Origin: Bacteroidaceae bacterium
Lineage (GTDB): Bacteria; Bacteroidota; Bacteroidia; Bacteroidales; Bacteroidaceae
Reading direction: 5' to 3'
NCBI GenBank assembly: GCA_045220475.1
Contig: JBGUVW010000031.1
Span: 84,088 to 148,087, forward strand
Length of the DNA stretch: 64,000 bases
Both the position numbers and the translations under genes were made by a program. The notes beneath the pieces were generated by a model. It ran no database searches. It had not been told where the DNA came from and worked only from the letters and a program-made list of their open reading frames with translations. Positions 25,018 to 35,405 of the stretch are shown in pieces (the first letter of the stretch is position 1; each line of letters starts with the position of its first letter).

Positions 25018-26403
25018 TCAGATTGGTTTATTACACCATTTATTCAAATATGGAGAGAAAACCGTATCAGCAGATACGTATTGGGTGGTTCCATCCTTCT
25101 TTAATATAAAGGGATCTGATATCGGTACGAGAGCAACACCGTCATAACCCAGAACTATGTACATGACTTCACGGCCCATGTTCTCAAAAACGGCCCTACG
25201 ACCCTTTAGTTTGCAGAAATCTACAATTTTCCAACCGTCCGGCTCAGGACCCGCACTGGGTGCGATATGGTCCTGAGTTGAACGAATGGCCGAAGCGATA
25301 TAGACGTATCGGTCCTTAAGTTTGCTCCGGTTGTGTTTTTCAATAGTTACAGAGACATGTGATGAAAGAAAGTATTTGTCTGTGACGTCCTTTACGGTAA
25401 TATCAAAGGGATATACGTACTTTGCGTTCTGTATATAATCAAGTCTGCGTTCATCTATTGCATATGTCTGTCTGAATACCTTGGGCCCACGTTCATACGG
25501 AAAGAAGGACCAGCCTATCTGGGTGGCAAGATCCCACTCTGAGGTAACCTCCTTACCGCGGTCCGACAAAATCACGAACCAACGGGTTGCTGCCTCATCC
25601 CTTGCTCCTACAGGAGTTTCATCAAGAACCACCGGAACTCCCATACTGCGGAATGACAAAGCAGCCAGCAGCGCATAATCAGGAATATGTCCGAATGTCT
25701 GACGGTGCAGAAGTGAAGCGCTGAGCAACGGCAATCCACTTTCCGTATAGAGGCCGTGACGGTTTATCTTGGTTAGAACCTCATTGCGGATCATATCGGC
25801 CACACCTGTGGTGGTATTGTACTCCACATCATTCTTTACGGGATTACGCATGCCGTCACCAAAGTACAGTGATAAGGTGTCACGCCAATAATCCAATTCC
25901 TGCAGATCTACCGCCTTATATGGCAACAGCCATTCCAGATACTCATTGAAAGTGAGCTGGCTTGCCCATGGACAGTTTTTCCACTGGTCATAAGAGAGGT
26001 CTATATTATGTATAAGATAATCCTTTGATATTACTCTTGTATCAGGGACGGTACGCTCAGGTAAATGAGAATACAACCTTTTGGTCACCATGAGCAGTGA
26101 GTCGCGCTGTGACTCAGGTGTAAGGGTGTCATTACTCAGAATGCGCTGAGCATAGTCATAATACAGGTAAATGGAATCACCCAAGTAAGAATAGTGCGCG
26201 GACATATTCTTAATAAGGAACAGGGCTGCTTCAAATTTCTCGGGAACAGGATCCTGGGTACTGTAGTGATTTAAGACAGCCTCTATGGTCGGCCGGTTTT
26301 CACCGGCCGACCCGAGCGCTGTTTCCAGCTGAGTGTTTTTACTCTGACAGGAAAAGGCTGCAAACAAGGCCATCATAGCGATGATGGAGTCTCTTAACAA
26401 CAT
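25018..26403 (-). CDS. Transglutaminase-like lipoprotein paralog lacking catalytic Cys and His
   Basis: It aligns with the downstream paralog, for example AGENRPTIEAVLNHY against AGENRPQLERVLDHY. The core reads FGHIPDY...ATRWF in place of FGSCYDY...GHSWF, and there is no discoidin domain. Confidence 0.7.
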   Translation of the reverse strand: MLLRDSIIAMMALFAAFSCQSKNTQLETALGSAGENRPTIEAVLNHYSTQDPVPEKFEAALFLIKNMSAHYSYLGDSIYLYYDYAQRILSNDTLTPESQRDSLLMVTKRLYSHLPERTVPDTRVISKDYLIHNIDLSYDQWKNCPWASQLTFNEYLEWLLPYKAVDLQELDYWRDTLSLYFGDGMRNPVKNDVEYNTTTGVADMIRNEVLTKINRHGLYTESGLPLLSASLLHRQTFGHIPDYALLAALSFRSMGVPVVLDETPVGARDEAATRWFVILSDRGKEVTSEWDLATQIGWSFFPYERGPKVFRQTYAIDERRLDYIQNAKYVYPFDITVKDVTDKYFLSSHVSVTIEKHNRSKLKDRYVYIASAIRSTQDHIAPSAGPEPDGWKIVDFCKLKGRRAVFENMGREVMYIVLGYDGVALVPISDPFILKKDGTTQYVSADTVFSPYLNKWCNKPI

Positions 26404-26606
26404 TTATTCAAACAAATAAAGTTCAAAATAGACAAAAAAAGAGCTACATTTTCAATGCCTAATTCCGGGATTAAAAATGTAACTCAGCAATCTATCGAGG
26501 GCAAATATAAGACATGGTTTTATTGCGTGCAACACTTTTACAGGAAAATTTTTCAAAAATTTCAATAATGGGCCAAAATAAGGCCTTCAGTTTGAAACTA
26601 ACTCCC

Positions 26607-26614
26607 TATATTTG
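26607..26614 (+). promoter_or_regulatory. -7 box TATATTTG for the TlpA-flippase operon
   Basis: Exact consensus, 27 nt upstream of the ATG at 26641. Confidence 0.45.
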
Positions 26615-26640
26615 GGCTAGGAATTACTTAAAACAACGAT

Positions 26641-27702
26641 ATGAAGAAAGCATCCCTGTTATTACTCCTGTCTATGGTATTGTGCAACTGCACTGGTCAG
26701 AAAACAGCCTATCTGCTGCATGGATCCATACAGGAAAAGGATATAGACAAGCTGTATCTGATAAGCTCCGGTCAAGTGATTGATTCGGCAGAGGTAAGTG
26801 ATAAAGGAGAGTTCTCATTCAAGGGTGAAATCATACTGCCCAAGCTTGCAAATATTGCCAATACGCGCAACCTACGTGTGGCATCACTCAACTGCACGGT
26901 AATTCTTGAACCGGGTGATCTCACTATGGTTCCTCTGGGCTTTTATGATGAATATAAGGTGACAGGCTCCAGGACTAATGACCTGTTCAACACCTTTGTA
27001 CAAAAGTCTATTGAGCTTACACAGTATTATGAGGCTCATGAGGGCCAGGACGGCATTATTGAGGAGGTTCAGCAGAAATGGAAGACATTCCTGGTGGATG
27101 GCGCAAAAAAGAACAGCGGTAACCTGTTTGGCCTGATATGCCTCCGTGAGGTTGCCGATGACCTGGAACCGCAAGAGGTAAGGAACATACTTGACTCATT
27201 CAAGGCTCGTATGCAGGAGACTGATCTGTGGAAAGCTCTTAATGAACGCAATGTAAAACTGATGGGCACGGCACCCGGAAGCCCATATACAGAATTCAGC
27301 CAGACCGATATCCACGGCAACGTCATATCATCAAAGGATGTGCTGGCGGCTCCGGGAGTAAAATATGTGCTGATAGATTTCTGGGCATCATGGTGCGGAC
27401 CGTGCATGCGTGAGGTTCCGTACCTTAAAGAGACCTACAGCAAATATTTTGAAAAAGGATTCCAGATCCTGGGAGTATCACTTGACCGCTCAAAAGACGC
27501 CTGGCTCAAGGCCATCACAGACAACCAGATGAACTGGGTACATGTAAGTGACCTGAAATACTGGGACAATGAGGTGTCAAGAGAATACGGTATAACCTCA
27601 ATTCCTGCCAATTTCCTGGTAGACGCAAGCACCGGCATGATTATAGCTACCAATCTGAGAGGAGACGATCTGGAGAGGAAGATATCAGAACTACTTAAGT
27701 AA
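26641..27702 (+). CDS. TlpA-family thiol:disulfide oxidoreductase lipoprotein (DUF4369 N-domain + thioredoxin fold)
   Basis: Lipobox-like LCNC. The active site is IDFWASWCGPCMREVP. Confidence 0.9.
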   Translation: MKKASLLLLLSMVLCNCTGQKTAYLLHGSIQEKDIDKLYLISSGQVIDSAEVSDKGEFSFKGEIILPKLANIANTRNLRVASLNCTVILEPGDLTMVPLGFYDEYKVTGSRTNDLFNTFVQKSIELTQYYEAHEGQDGIIEEVQQKWKTFLVDGAKKNSGNLFGLICLREVADDLEPQEVRNILDSFKARMQETDLWKALNERNVKLMGTAPGSPYTEFSQTDIHGNVISSKDVLAAPGVKYVLIDFWASWCGPCMREVPYLKETYSKYFEKGFQILGVSLDRSKDAWLKAITDNQMNWVHVSDLKYWDNEVSREYGITSIPANFLVDASTGMIIATNLRGDDLERKISELLK

Positions 27703-27710
27703 ATTAGGCA

Positions 27711-29219
27711 ATGGCAAGCAGCAAGATGGCATCATTGGCCAAGGATACGGCCATTTACGGAATAAGCAGCATTGTAGGCAGGTTCATAAACTATCTGCTT
27801 ACACCACTATACACTAATATCCTTGAGGCTCAGGATGCACAGTATGGAGCTATCACCAAGATGTATGCCTATACTGCCCTGTGTCTGGTGCTGCTTACAT
27901 TCGGAATGGAGACCACAATGTTCAGGTTCGCCAATAAAGAGGGGCAGAAACCGGAACGGGTCTATTCTACCGCTCTCATATCGGTAGGTATCCTTTCTGC
28001 GCTGTTTGCTGCCTTGTGCATAACATTCAGGTATGAGATATGTGCTTTCCTGCAGTATCCTGATCACCCAGAGTATGTGACGGCCCTGTCACTCGTAGTG
28101 GCTATTGACTCTTTTCAGGCTATCGTATTCTCATATCTGAGATTCCTTAAGAGGCCCATTAAGTTTGCCGCGCTCAAGCTTACCAACATCGGCCTTACAA
28201 TTGCCCTCAACCTGATAATAGTGTTGTGGTTCTCATCGGTTTACCAGAATCATCCCAGACTGCTTGGATGGTACAGCATGGATAACGTAATCAGATACGT
28301 ATTCTACATCAATCTGTTCTGCTCGGCCAGCATTACCTTAGGTTTGTTGCCCGAGATTAAGCAGATTAGGAACGGATTTGACACAAAGCTGTTCAAACAG
28401 ATGCTGTCCTACACCTGGCCTATCCTGATTCTGGGTCTGGCCGGTATCCTAAACCAGGTGGCCGATAAGATATGCTTTACCAAGATCATCACGGGCGAGG
28501 AAGGTGAAAGGCTGTTGGGCATTTACGGAAGCGCCGTCAAGGTTGCCATGATAATGTCCATGCTCACACAGGCATTCCGTTACGCCTATGAGCCTATGGT
28601 GTTCAGCACCGCCGCCAAGGACAAGACAGGCCAGAACAAGATTTATGCCGATGCCATGAAGTATTTCATAATATTCTCACTGCTGGCATTCCTGTTTGTC
28701 ATGTTCTACCTGGATTACTTCAAGTTTATAATAGGAAGGACCTATTGGGAAGGCCTTAAGGTTGTGCCCATAGTCATGATGGCCGAGATATTCATGGGTA
28801 TATATTTCAACCTCTCTTTCTGGTACAAACTGATTGACCAGACCTGGTGGGGTGCCATATTCTCATTCGTAGGCTGCGCCGTGCTGCTGGCAATTAACTT
28901 CATCTATGTGCCGCAATACGGATATATGGCCTGCGCCTGGGGAGGATTTGCCGGTTACGCCACATGCATGATCCTGTCCTACTTCATCGGCCAGAAAAAG
29001 AGTCCCATAAACTATCCGCTTAAGGAGATTGCCGTTTACGTGCTGCTGGCTGCCGCACTCTACGTGGCTTACCTTTACGTGGATAAGAAAGAACTGTCCG
29101 GTTGGATTACATTCATAATCAACACAGTCCTTCTCTGCATCTACCTGGCCTACCTAATAAAGAAAGACCTGCCATTGGCAAGTCTTCCTGTAGTCGGTAA
29201 ATATTTCAAAAAGAATTAA
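27711..29219 (+). CDS. Polysaccharide/oligosaccharide flippase-like membrane protein (MOP/Wzx superfamily)
   Basis: 502 aa with about 14 hydrophobic segments. The N-terminus KDTAIYGISSIVGRFINYLLTPLYT is typical of polysaccharide biosynthesis proteins. Confidence 0.7.
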   Translation: MASSKMASLAKDTAIYGISSIVGRFINYLLTPLYTNILEAQDAQYGAITKMYAYTALCLVLLTFGMETTMFRFANKEGQKPERVYSTALISVGILSALFAALCITFRYEICAFLQYPDHPEYVTALSLVVAIDSFQAIVFSYLRFLKRPIKFAALKLTNIGLTIALNLIIVLWFSSVYQNHPRLLGWYSMDNVIRYVFYINLFCSASITLGLLPEIKQIRNGFDTKLFKQMLSYTWPILILGLAGILNQVADKICFTKIITGEEGERLLGIYGSAVKVAMIMSMLTQAFRYAYEPMVFSTAAKDKTGQNKIYADAMKYFIIFSLLAFLFVMFYLDYFKFIIGRTYWEGLKVVPIVMMAEIFMGIYFNLSFWYKLIDQTWWGAIFSFVGCAVLLAINFIYVPQYGYMACAWGGFAGYATCMILSYFIGQKKSPINYPLKEIAVYVLLAAALYVAYLYVDKKELSGWITFIINTVLLCIYLAYLIKKDLPLASLPVVGKYFKKN

Positions 29220-29605
29220 AGAGCCGCGCGGATATCGGCTGCAATCTTTTCAAATTCCTCCTGTGTGAGTTTGAGTTTAGGATTGCTGAACAGCATGTCC
29301 TTCTCACTCTGCATGGGGATGAGGTGGATGTGTGCGTGAGGCACCTCCAAACCAAGTACGGCCTCACCTACCTTGATACAGTTGAACACCTTCTTCTGCG
29401 CTGCGGCAATCTTCTTGGCAAAGAGCTGCAGGTCACAGAGCTCCTGGTCAGTCAGGTCAAACAGATAGTCAACCTCACGCTTGGGTATGCAGAGCACATG
29501 TCCCTTAACCAGAGGATTTATATCCAGGAAAGCAAAGCAATTCTCAGTCTCTGCAATCTTGTAGCAGGGAATCTCACCTGCAATGATACGGCTGAAGATT
29601 GTCAT
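29216..29605 (-). CDS. HIT-family (histidine triad) protein
   Basis: It carries the HAHIHLIP histidine triad and is 129 aa. Confidence 0.9.
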   Translation of the reverse strand: MTIFSRIIAGEIPCYKIAETENCFAFLDINPLVKGHVLCIPKREVDYLFDLTDQELCDLQLFAKKIAAAQKKVFNCIKVGEAVLGLEVPHAHIHLIPMQSEKDMLFSNPKLKLTQEEFEKIAADIRAAL

Positions 29606-29607
29606 GA

Positions 29608-30072
29608 TCAGAGTGAAATTTCAAGGATCTCAAAACCAATCTTTCCGCTGGGGATAGTAATCTCAACGGTCTCACCTACCTTATGACCCAGAAGGCCCTT
29701 GGCAATAGGTGTGCTGCTTGATATCTTGCCGCTCTTAAGGTCTGCCTCGCTCTCGGGAACGATAGAGTAAACCATAGTGGCATTATTCTTGGTATTGCGC
29801 AGCTTTACCTTGGTAAGTATCTGAACGGTTGATGTATCTATCTTGGACTCATCAATGATCTTAGCATCTGCAATCTGTGCCTTAAGCTGAGCTATCTTAG
29901 CCTCAAGCATACCCTGAGCCTCTTTTGCGGCATCATACTCTGCATTCTCGCTAAGGTCACCCTTATCACGTGCCTCGGCAATCTGCTGAATGATCTCCGG
30001 ACGGCGTACACCCTCCAGATACTGTAACTCGGCTACCAGTTTCTTGTAGCCCTCCTCTGACATATAAGCCAT
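29608..30072 (-). CDS. greA: Transcription elongation factor GreA
   Basis: It shows an N-terminal coiled coil (...GDLSENAEYDAAKEAQ...) and a C-terminal FKBP-like domain. Length is 154 aa. Confidence 0.95.
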   Translation of the reverse strand: MAYMSEEGYKKLVAELQYLEGVRRPEIIQQIAEARDKGDLSENAEYDAAKEAQGMLEAKIAQLKAQIADAKIIDESKIDTSTVQILTKVKLRNTKNNATMVYSIVPESEADLKSGKISSSTPIAKGLLGHKVGETVEITIPSGKIGFEILEISL

Positions 30073-30182
30073 AATATCAGTAATTTGTAAGTTCTACATT
30101 CTAGTCTTGAAATGAGTAAAAAAGAATTCCAACAAACCGTTCTAGGTGTTGGAACTCATTATTCCCATATTTGTCTCTTTTG

Positions 30183-30190
30183 CAAAGATA
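30183..30190 (-). promoter_or_regulatory. -7 box TATCTTTG for greA-HIT
   Basis: The plus strand reads caaagata, about 110 nt upstream of the greA ATG. Confidence 0.35.
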
Positions 30191-30237
30191 GGCTTATTTT
30201 TATACTATCCCAACAAAAAGGAGATTTTTTGGTCCTA

Positions 30238-31413
30238 TTACCTTAAAAGCTCAGCAATCTTACTGTCCAGTTGGTCCGATTCATCGGGACGGTCCACGAT
30301 ATTGCCCTCACGGTCAATCAGGAACGCTGCCGGAATCTGTTCTACATTATATAATTTAAGATATGTTGAGCCCAGACTGGCCTCATCATAGACAGATATC
30401 CACGGAAGGTTGGGAGCTGTATTAAGCCAGAAACTCTCATCACTGTCTACTGATACCTGATAAATGGTGAATCCCTGGTCTGCATATTTGTTATACAGGC
30501 CTTTGAGCATCAAGTTGTAGTTGGGTGAGTAGTTTGTCTTGTAAGCTGTGAAGTCCAGCAGTACCACCTTACCCTTAAGGTCTGTCAGCTTATGCATCTG
30601 GCCTTCATAGTCAGGCAACTCAATCTCAATGATTCCGGTCTCCTCAATAAGGTCACCGAACTTGCGTACAATCTGCTCAACCACACTCCCGTCATTGTTT
30701 GACGGAGCAGTCATGGTCATACCCTTAAGCGCCACATTATGCAGATGTGCGGTGCGTGTGGCATCGGGATAGAGCATATCCATCTGTGTTGCCACGGCAG
30801 CAAAACACTTGGCATCCTGACGGTCAGACTGCGGATTGAACAGCATCTGTCCGTTTATACTCAGGAACAACGCATAATAAGCGGCGGCCGATGACGGATC
30901 AGGCAGTATGTATCCGGTTGTGATCTCAGACTTGAAGACATCTATCCTCTCCTTCATCCTCTGCTGCAAGGGAGCCTTGTCCGGGCTGCGGTAGGCCGAT
31001 GCCATACTCCTCAGGTCTCTAAGAAGACTAGCCTGCTTGGAGGCCATCTCCATAAGCAGGGCAGAGTTCTCCGATCCATGAACAGCATAGGATATATGCA
31101 TCAGAGGCAGATTGGCGACGATGCTTACGGTCTCAGTTGAATCAATTGCCAGATTTATAGCCCTGCCGTCCACGCGTAGACGGTAGAAATCAAAGCAATC
31201 CTTTGTGGCCGGCTGTGAGAAACAGAAAGTGCCTACTGAATCCAGCCTGACAGAATCAACGGTCTCAATCCTGTCATGACCCATATGATCCAGATAGAGC
31301 ATCTGACCATCGGCCTCAGCTATCTGCCCATTTAAAGTAAACCTGTCAACTGTGGGTTGACAGGCTACTGTTAAAAGGGTAAGAACAAGTAATACTAAGT
31401 TACTTCTCTTCAT
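30238..31413 (-). CDS. DUF4369/thioredoxin-fold lipoprotein lacking the CxxC motif
   Basis: Start is at M52 (ATG 31411-31413), giving [32 protein letters not shown] aligns with IDFWASWCGPCMRE of the TlpA at 26641, so CGPC is replaced by TNYS. The longer track ORF is an antisense read-through of the pnp tail. Confidence 0.75.
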   Translation of the reverse strand: MKRSNLVLLVLTLLTVACQPTVDRFTLNGQIAEADGQMLYLDHMGHDRIETVDSVRLDSVGTFCFSQPATKDCFDFYRLRVDGRAINLAIDSTETVSIVANLPLMHISYAVHGSENSALLMEMASKQASLLRDLRSMASAYRSPDKAPLQQRMKERIDVFKSEITTGYILPDPSSAAAYYALFLSINGQMLFNPQSDRQDAKCFAAVATQMDMLYPDATRTAHLHNVALKGMTMTAPSNNDGSVVEQIVRKFGDLIEETGIIEIELPDYEGQMHKLTDLKGKVVLLDFTAYKTNYSPNYNLMLKGLYNKYADQGFTIYQVSVDSDESFWLNTAPNLPWISVYDEASLGSTYLKLYNVEQIPAAFLIDREGNIVDRPDESDQLDSKIAELLR

Positions 31414-33688
31414 TGTTGTTATTCTCTGCCTGGTTGTTCTCATCCTGACGGCGGTCATGATGGAAACGCGGGCCACGGTCCTGACGGGGACCACGATCCT
31501 GACGCTCACCACGATCCTGACGGGGCTGGCGTGCGGGACGCTCCTCATAACCCTCGGGCTTCTCAATCAGGGCACGGCGTGACAGTTTGAACTTACCGGT
31601 CTTGGGATCGATGTCAATCAGCTTAACCTGAATCTTGTCACCCTCCTTGATACCGGTCTCCTCAATGGTCTCGTAGCGCTTCCAGTCAATCTCACTGATG
31701 TGGAGCAGACCGTCCTTGCCGGGCAGGAACTCTACGAACAGACCGTAAGGCATTACTGAACGTACGGTACCGTCATATGTCTCACCTACCTCAGGAATTG
31801 CTACGATAGCACGAATCTTAGCCAGAGCAGCCTCGATGCTGTCGCGGTTGGATGCGGCAACCTCAATCTTGCCTACGCCGTCAACCTCATCAATGCTGAT
31901 GCTTGCACCGGTCTCCTCCTGCATGCCCTGGATGATCTTTCCGCCCGGGCCAATGACTGCGCCGATGAACTCCTTAGGAATGGTAAGGGTCTCGATGCGG
32001 GGAGCATGGGGCTTGAGATCTGCACGAGGCTCAGGAATGGTCTCGGTGATCTTGCTCAGGATATACTCACGTCCGGCCTTGGCCTGAGCCAGAGCCTTCT
32101 CAAGAATCTCATATGACAGACCGTCACACTTGATATCCATCTGTGTAGCGGTAAGTCCCTTTACGGTACCGGTGGTCTTGAAGTCCATATCGCCCAAGTG
32201 ATCCTCATCACCAAGGATATCACTCAGTACAGCGTACTTGTCCTCGCCCGGGTTCTTGATAAGACCCATTGCGATACCTGATACAGGATTCTTGATCTTA
32301 ACACCGGCATCCATCAGAGCAAGTGTACCTGCGCACACGGTAGCCATTGATGAAGAACCGTTAGACTCAAGAATATCTGATACTACGCGAACGCAGTAGG
32401 GATAATCCTCAGGGATCTGACCCTTAAGGGCACGCCATGCCAGATGTCCGTGACCAATCTCACGACGACCCAGGCTGCGCTGAGCCTTAGCCTCACCTGT
32501 GCAGAAGGGCGGGAAGTTGTAGTGGAGCAGGAAACGCTCATCGTGCTGATCCAGCACATCGTCTACCATCTTCTCATCATCCTTGGTACCCAGAGTAACT
32601 GAGCAGAGAGCCTGTGTCTCACCACGGGTGAATATTGATGATCCGTGAGGTCCGGGCAGGTAACCAACCTCGCACCAGATAGGACGGATATCGGTTGTCT
32701 TACGGCCATCAAGACGCTTGCCCTCATCGAGCACGCAACGACGCATTGCATCGCGCTCAACATCGTGATAGTAACGGTCAATAAGAGCATCCTTCTCAGC
32801 CAGCTCATCCTCACTCATTTCAGGATGTGCTGCATGATACTGCTCCTTGAACTCATCACGTACAGCCTCAAAGTTGGCCTCACGTGAATGCTTATCGGTA
32901 TTGCCCTCAGCTGCCAGGTTGTAAGACTTCTGGTAGCAGGCATCCTTTACAGCCTGACGCAGATCCTCGTCGTTAACCTCGTGGCAGTACTCGCGCTTAA
33001 CGGTCTTGCCTACCTCCTCGGTCAGCTCCATCTGGATCTTGCAGTGCTTCTTGATCTCATCGTGAGCGGCCTTCATGGCACCAAGCAGGTCAGCCTCGCT
33101 TACCTCCTTCATCTCACCCTCAACCATCATGATGTTGTCATAGGTTGCGGCAACCATAACATCCATGTCAGCCTGCTCAAGCTGCTTGAATGTAGGATCG
33201 ATTACGTACTCTCCGTTTATGCGGGCTACGCGAACCTCGGATATCGGACCCTGGAAAGGTATGTCCGATACAGCCAGGGCAGCTGATGCAGCCAGACCAG
33301 CCAGAGCATCAGGCATCTGCTCGCCGTCTGCGGAGAACAGTATGATGTTTACAAAAACTTCAGCATGGTAGTTGTCCGGAAACAAAGGACGCAATGCGCG
33401 GTCAACAAGACGGCATGTAAGAATCTCATAATCTGAGGGACGACCCTCACGTTTGGTAAAACCGCCGGGATAACGTCCGATTGACGCATACTTTTCTCTG
33501 TACTCTACCTGCAGCGGCATGAAATCAGTTCCGGGAACTGCATCTTTAGCGGCACATACAGTGGCCAGGAGCATAGTTTTGCCACATGTCAGCATCACGG
33601 CTCCATCGGCTTGCTTGGCCAGTTTCCCGGTCTCCAGTTTGATGGTTCTTCCATCAGGGAGCTGGAACTCTTTTGTTACAATTTTCAT
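31400..33688 (-). CDS. pnp: Polyribonucleotide nucleotidyltransferase (PNPase) with Arg/Gln/Asp-rich C-terminal tail
   Basis: Full-length match to the PNPase architecture (two RNase PH domains, KH, S1). The tail is [47 protein letters not shown]. Confidence 0.97.
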   Translation of the reverse strand: MKIVTKEFQLPDGRTIKLETGKLAKQADGAVMLTCGKTMLLATVCAAKDAVPGTDFMPLQVEYREKYASIGRYPGGFTKREGRPSDYEILTCRLVDRALRPLFPDNYHAEVFVNIILFSADGEQMPDALAGLAASAALAVSDIPFQGPISEVRVARINGEYVIDPTFKQLEQADMDVMVAATYDNIMMVEGEMKEVSEADLLGAMKAAHDEIKKHCKIQMELTEEVGKTVKREYCHEVNDEDLRQAVKDACYQKSYNLAAEGNTDKHSREANFEAVRDEFKEQYHAAHPEMSEDELAEKDALIDRYYHDVERDAMRRCVLDEGKRLDGRKTTDIRPIWCEVGYLPGPHGSSIFTRGETQALCSVTLGTKDDEKMVDDVLDQHDERFLLHYNFPPFCTGEAKAQRSLGRREIGHGHLAWRALKGQIPEDYPYCVRVVSDILESNGSSSMATVCAGTLALMDAGVKIKNPVSGIAMGLIKNPGEDKYAVLSDILGDEDHLGDMDFKTTGTVKGLTATQMDIKCDGLSYEILEKALAQAKAGREYILSKITETIPEPRADLKPHAPRIETLTIPKEFIGAVIGPGGKIIQGMQEETGASISIDEVDGVGKIEVAASNRDSIEAALAKIRAIVAIPEVGETYDGTVRSVMPYGLFVEFLPGKDGLLHISEIDWKRYETIEETGIKEGDKIQVKLIDIDPKTGKFKLSRRALIEKPEGYEERPARQPRQDRGERQDRGPRQDRGPRFHHDRRQDENNQAENNNNEEK

Positions 33689-33743
33689 CTTTAAAATATT
33701 AAAACATCTAATAAAAATATTCCTCTTTCAGAGTAAATTGCGG

Positions 33744-33751
33744 CAAAATTA
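33744..33751 (-). promoter_or_regulatory. -7 box TAATTTTG for pnp
   Basis: The plus strand reads caaaatta, 56 nt upstream of the ATG at 33688. Confidence 0.4.
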
Positions 33752-33832
33752 GCGAATAGCATTGATACCGCCAAATATTTAACGTATCAGTCCGGCAGCC
33801 AAAGTAAATTTGTAACGTTCGTTTTAAATGCA

Positions 33833-33840
33833 TATCTTTG
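33833..33840 (+). promoter_or_regulatory. -7 box TATCTTTG for the SIS-kinase-sulfatase operon
   Basis: Exact consensus. It lies inside the track ORF start (33828), which argues for a downstream start codon. Confidence 0.45.
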
Positions 33841-33863
33841 CGAGTTCACAAAAGATTCATTGG

Positions 33864-34472
33864 ATGACAGCAATGATTGAATCAATAAAAGACATCGTTA
33901 CAAGGGAGGCTGAGGCCATAATGAACATCCCCATAGGCGATGAATACGAGAAGGCTGTGGACCTGATTGTTCATCACGTTCACGAACTTAAAGGAAAGTT
34001 GATTACAAGCGGCATGGGTAAGGCCGGCCAGATAGCCATGAATATGGCAACCACCTTCAGTTCCACCGGAACCCCTTCCATATTCCTGCACCCCAGTGAG
34101 GCTCAGCATGGAGACCTGGGTATTCTGCAGAAAAATGACCTGTTCCTGCTGGTCTCAAACTCCGGCAAGACACGTGAGGTTCTGGAGCTTATGGACCTGA
34201 GTCTTACACTTGACCCCACGCTCAAATTCATTGTACTTACCGGCAACACTCAGAGCCCTCTGGCCCGTCAGGCCAACGTGGTACTCTCCACCGGAAAACC
34301 CGATGAGGTTTGCGCCTTAGGTCTGGCTCCCACCACAAGCACCACTGTCATGAACGTGATTGGTGACGCTCTGGTAGTTGAGACAATGAAAAAGATTGGA
34401 TTCACCGTAGAAGATTACAATAAACGCCATCACGGAGGATATCTTGGAATGCGTTCCAAAAAACTGTTATGA
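33864..34472 (+). CDS. SIS-domain sugar-phosphate isomerase (KpsF/GutQ-like, without CBS pair)
   Basis: It carries SIS motifs (ITSGMGKAGQIA, LLVSNSGKTREV). The start is uncertain: ATG at 33864 or 33873, both downstream of the promoter box. Confidence 0.75.
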   Translation: MTAMIESIKDIVTREAEAIMNIPIGDEYEKAVDLIVHHVHELKGKLITSGMGKAGQIAMNMATTFSSTGTPSIFLHPSEAQHGDLGILQKNDLFLLVSNSGKTREVLELMDLSLTLDPTLKFIVLTGNTQSPLARQANVVLSTGKPDEVCALGLAPTTSTTVMNVIGDALVVETMKKIGFTVEDYNKRHHGGYLGMRSKKLL

Positions 34473-35401
34473 GGAAAATATTCGGTATAGGCGAGACCAT
34501 TTATGACATTCTTTTCAAAGGGGGCAAACCTGTAGCCGCAGTTCCGGGAGGATCCGTATTCAACGGACTCATTTCCCTGGGACGCACCGGTATGGATTGC
34601 ACCTTTGTCACTGAGATAGGATCTGACCTGGTAGGTCAGCACATTCTGGGATTCATGCAGGAGAACGGAATCAACACAGATTACGTTTCATGCTACCAAG
34701 GTAAAAAAACCGCCATTTCACTGGCATATCTGGACGAGAACAATGATGCCAAGTACAGTTTCTACAAGGACTATCCCAACAACCGTCTGGATTTTGAGAT
34801 GCCATTCATAGAAGAGAATGACATCATGGCTTTCGGAGCCTATTTTTCACTTAATCCGGTACTTCGTGATAAAGTGAAACCGTTCCTGCAGTACGCCAAG
34901 GATCAGGGGGCCATACTCTATTATGACCTCAATTTCCGTGACAACCACGCTCATGAGGTAGAGAGCCTGAGGGATACTTTCCGTGAGAACTTTGCCCTTA
35001 CCGATATAGTACGCGGAAGCCATGAGGATTTCATCAACCTGTTTGGCCATGACAACTGCCGCAAAATATATGATGAGGAGACCTCAAAGTATTGTCCGCG
35101 CCTTATCTGCACACGCGGAAAAGACGGCGTACAGGTGATAGACCACGGTCAGGAGTACTATTTCAGTGCACGTCCCATAATACCGGTAAGCACCATCGGC
35201 GCAGGCGACAACTTCAACGCCGGAATGATCTACGGATTCATCCGTGAAGGCATAGACCGGAACAGTCTGGACCATATGACAGAGGAGAAATGGAGCCATC
35301 TGATTGGGTACGGAATTGAATTCGGAACCGATGCATGCATGAGCACATCTAATTACGTAAGCAAGGAGTTCGCTGAGCGCTTCCGCATAGAAAAACAGTG
35401 A
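34469..35401 (+). CDS. PfkB-family carbohydrate kinase (fructokinase-like)
   Basis: N-terminal GGSVFN and C-terminal TIGAGDNFNAG motifs. ATGA overlap with the upstream gene. Confidence 0.85.
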   Translation: MRKIFGIGETIYDILFKGGKPVAAVPGGSVFNGLISLGRTGMDCTFVTEIGSDLVGQHILGFMQENGINTDYVSCYQGKKTAISLAYLDENNDAKYSFYKDYPNNRLDFEMPFIEENDIMAFGAYFSLNPVLRDKVKPFLQYAKDQGAILYYDLNFRDNHAHEVESLRDTFRENFALTDIVRGSHEDFINLFGHDNCRKIYDEETSKYCPRLICTRGKDGVQVIDHGQEYYFSARPIIPVSTIGAGDNFNAGMIYGFIREGIDRNSLDHMTEEKWSHLIGYGIEFGTDACMSTSNYVSKEFAERFRIEKQ

Positions 35402-35405
35402 TGAA

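Noticed and set aside
26514-26783. 89-aa plus-strand ORF overlapping the TlpA start.
   Set aside because: It contains the TlpA promoter box and is out of frame with the well-supported TlpA ORF.
31414-31566. 51-codon extension of the 30238-31566 ORF ([20 protein letters not shown]...).
   Set aside because: It is the alternative-frame reading of the repetitive pnp tail. The real start is the Met that gives a lipoprotein signal peptide at 31413.
33828-33863. Upstream start of the SIS-domain ORF.
   Set aside because: The exact -7 box at 33833-33840 lies inside it, so transcription probably begins downstream of 33840.
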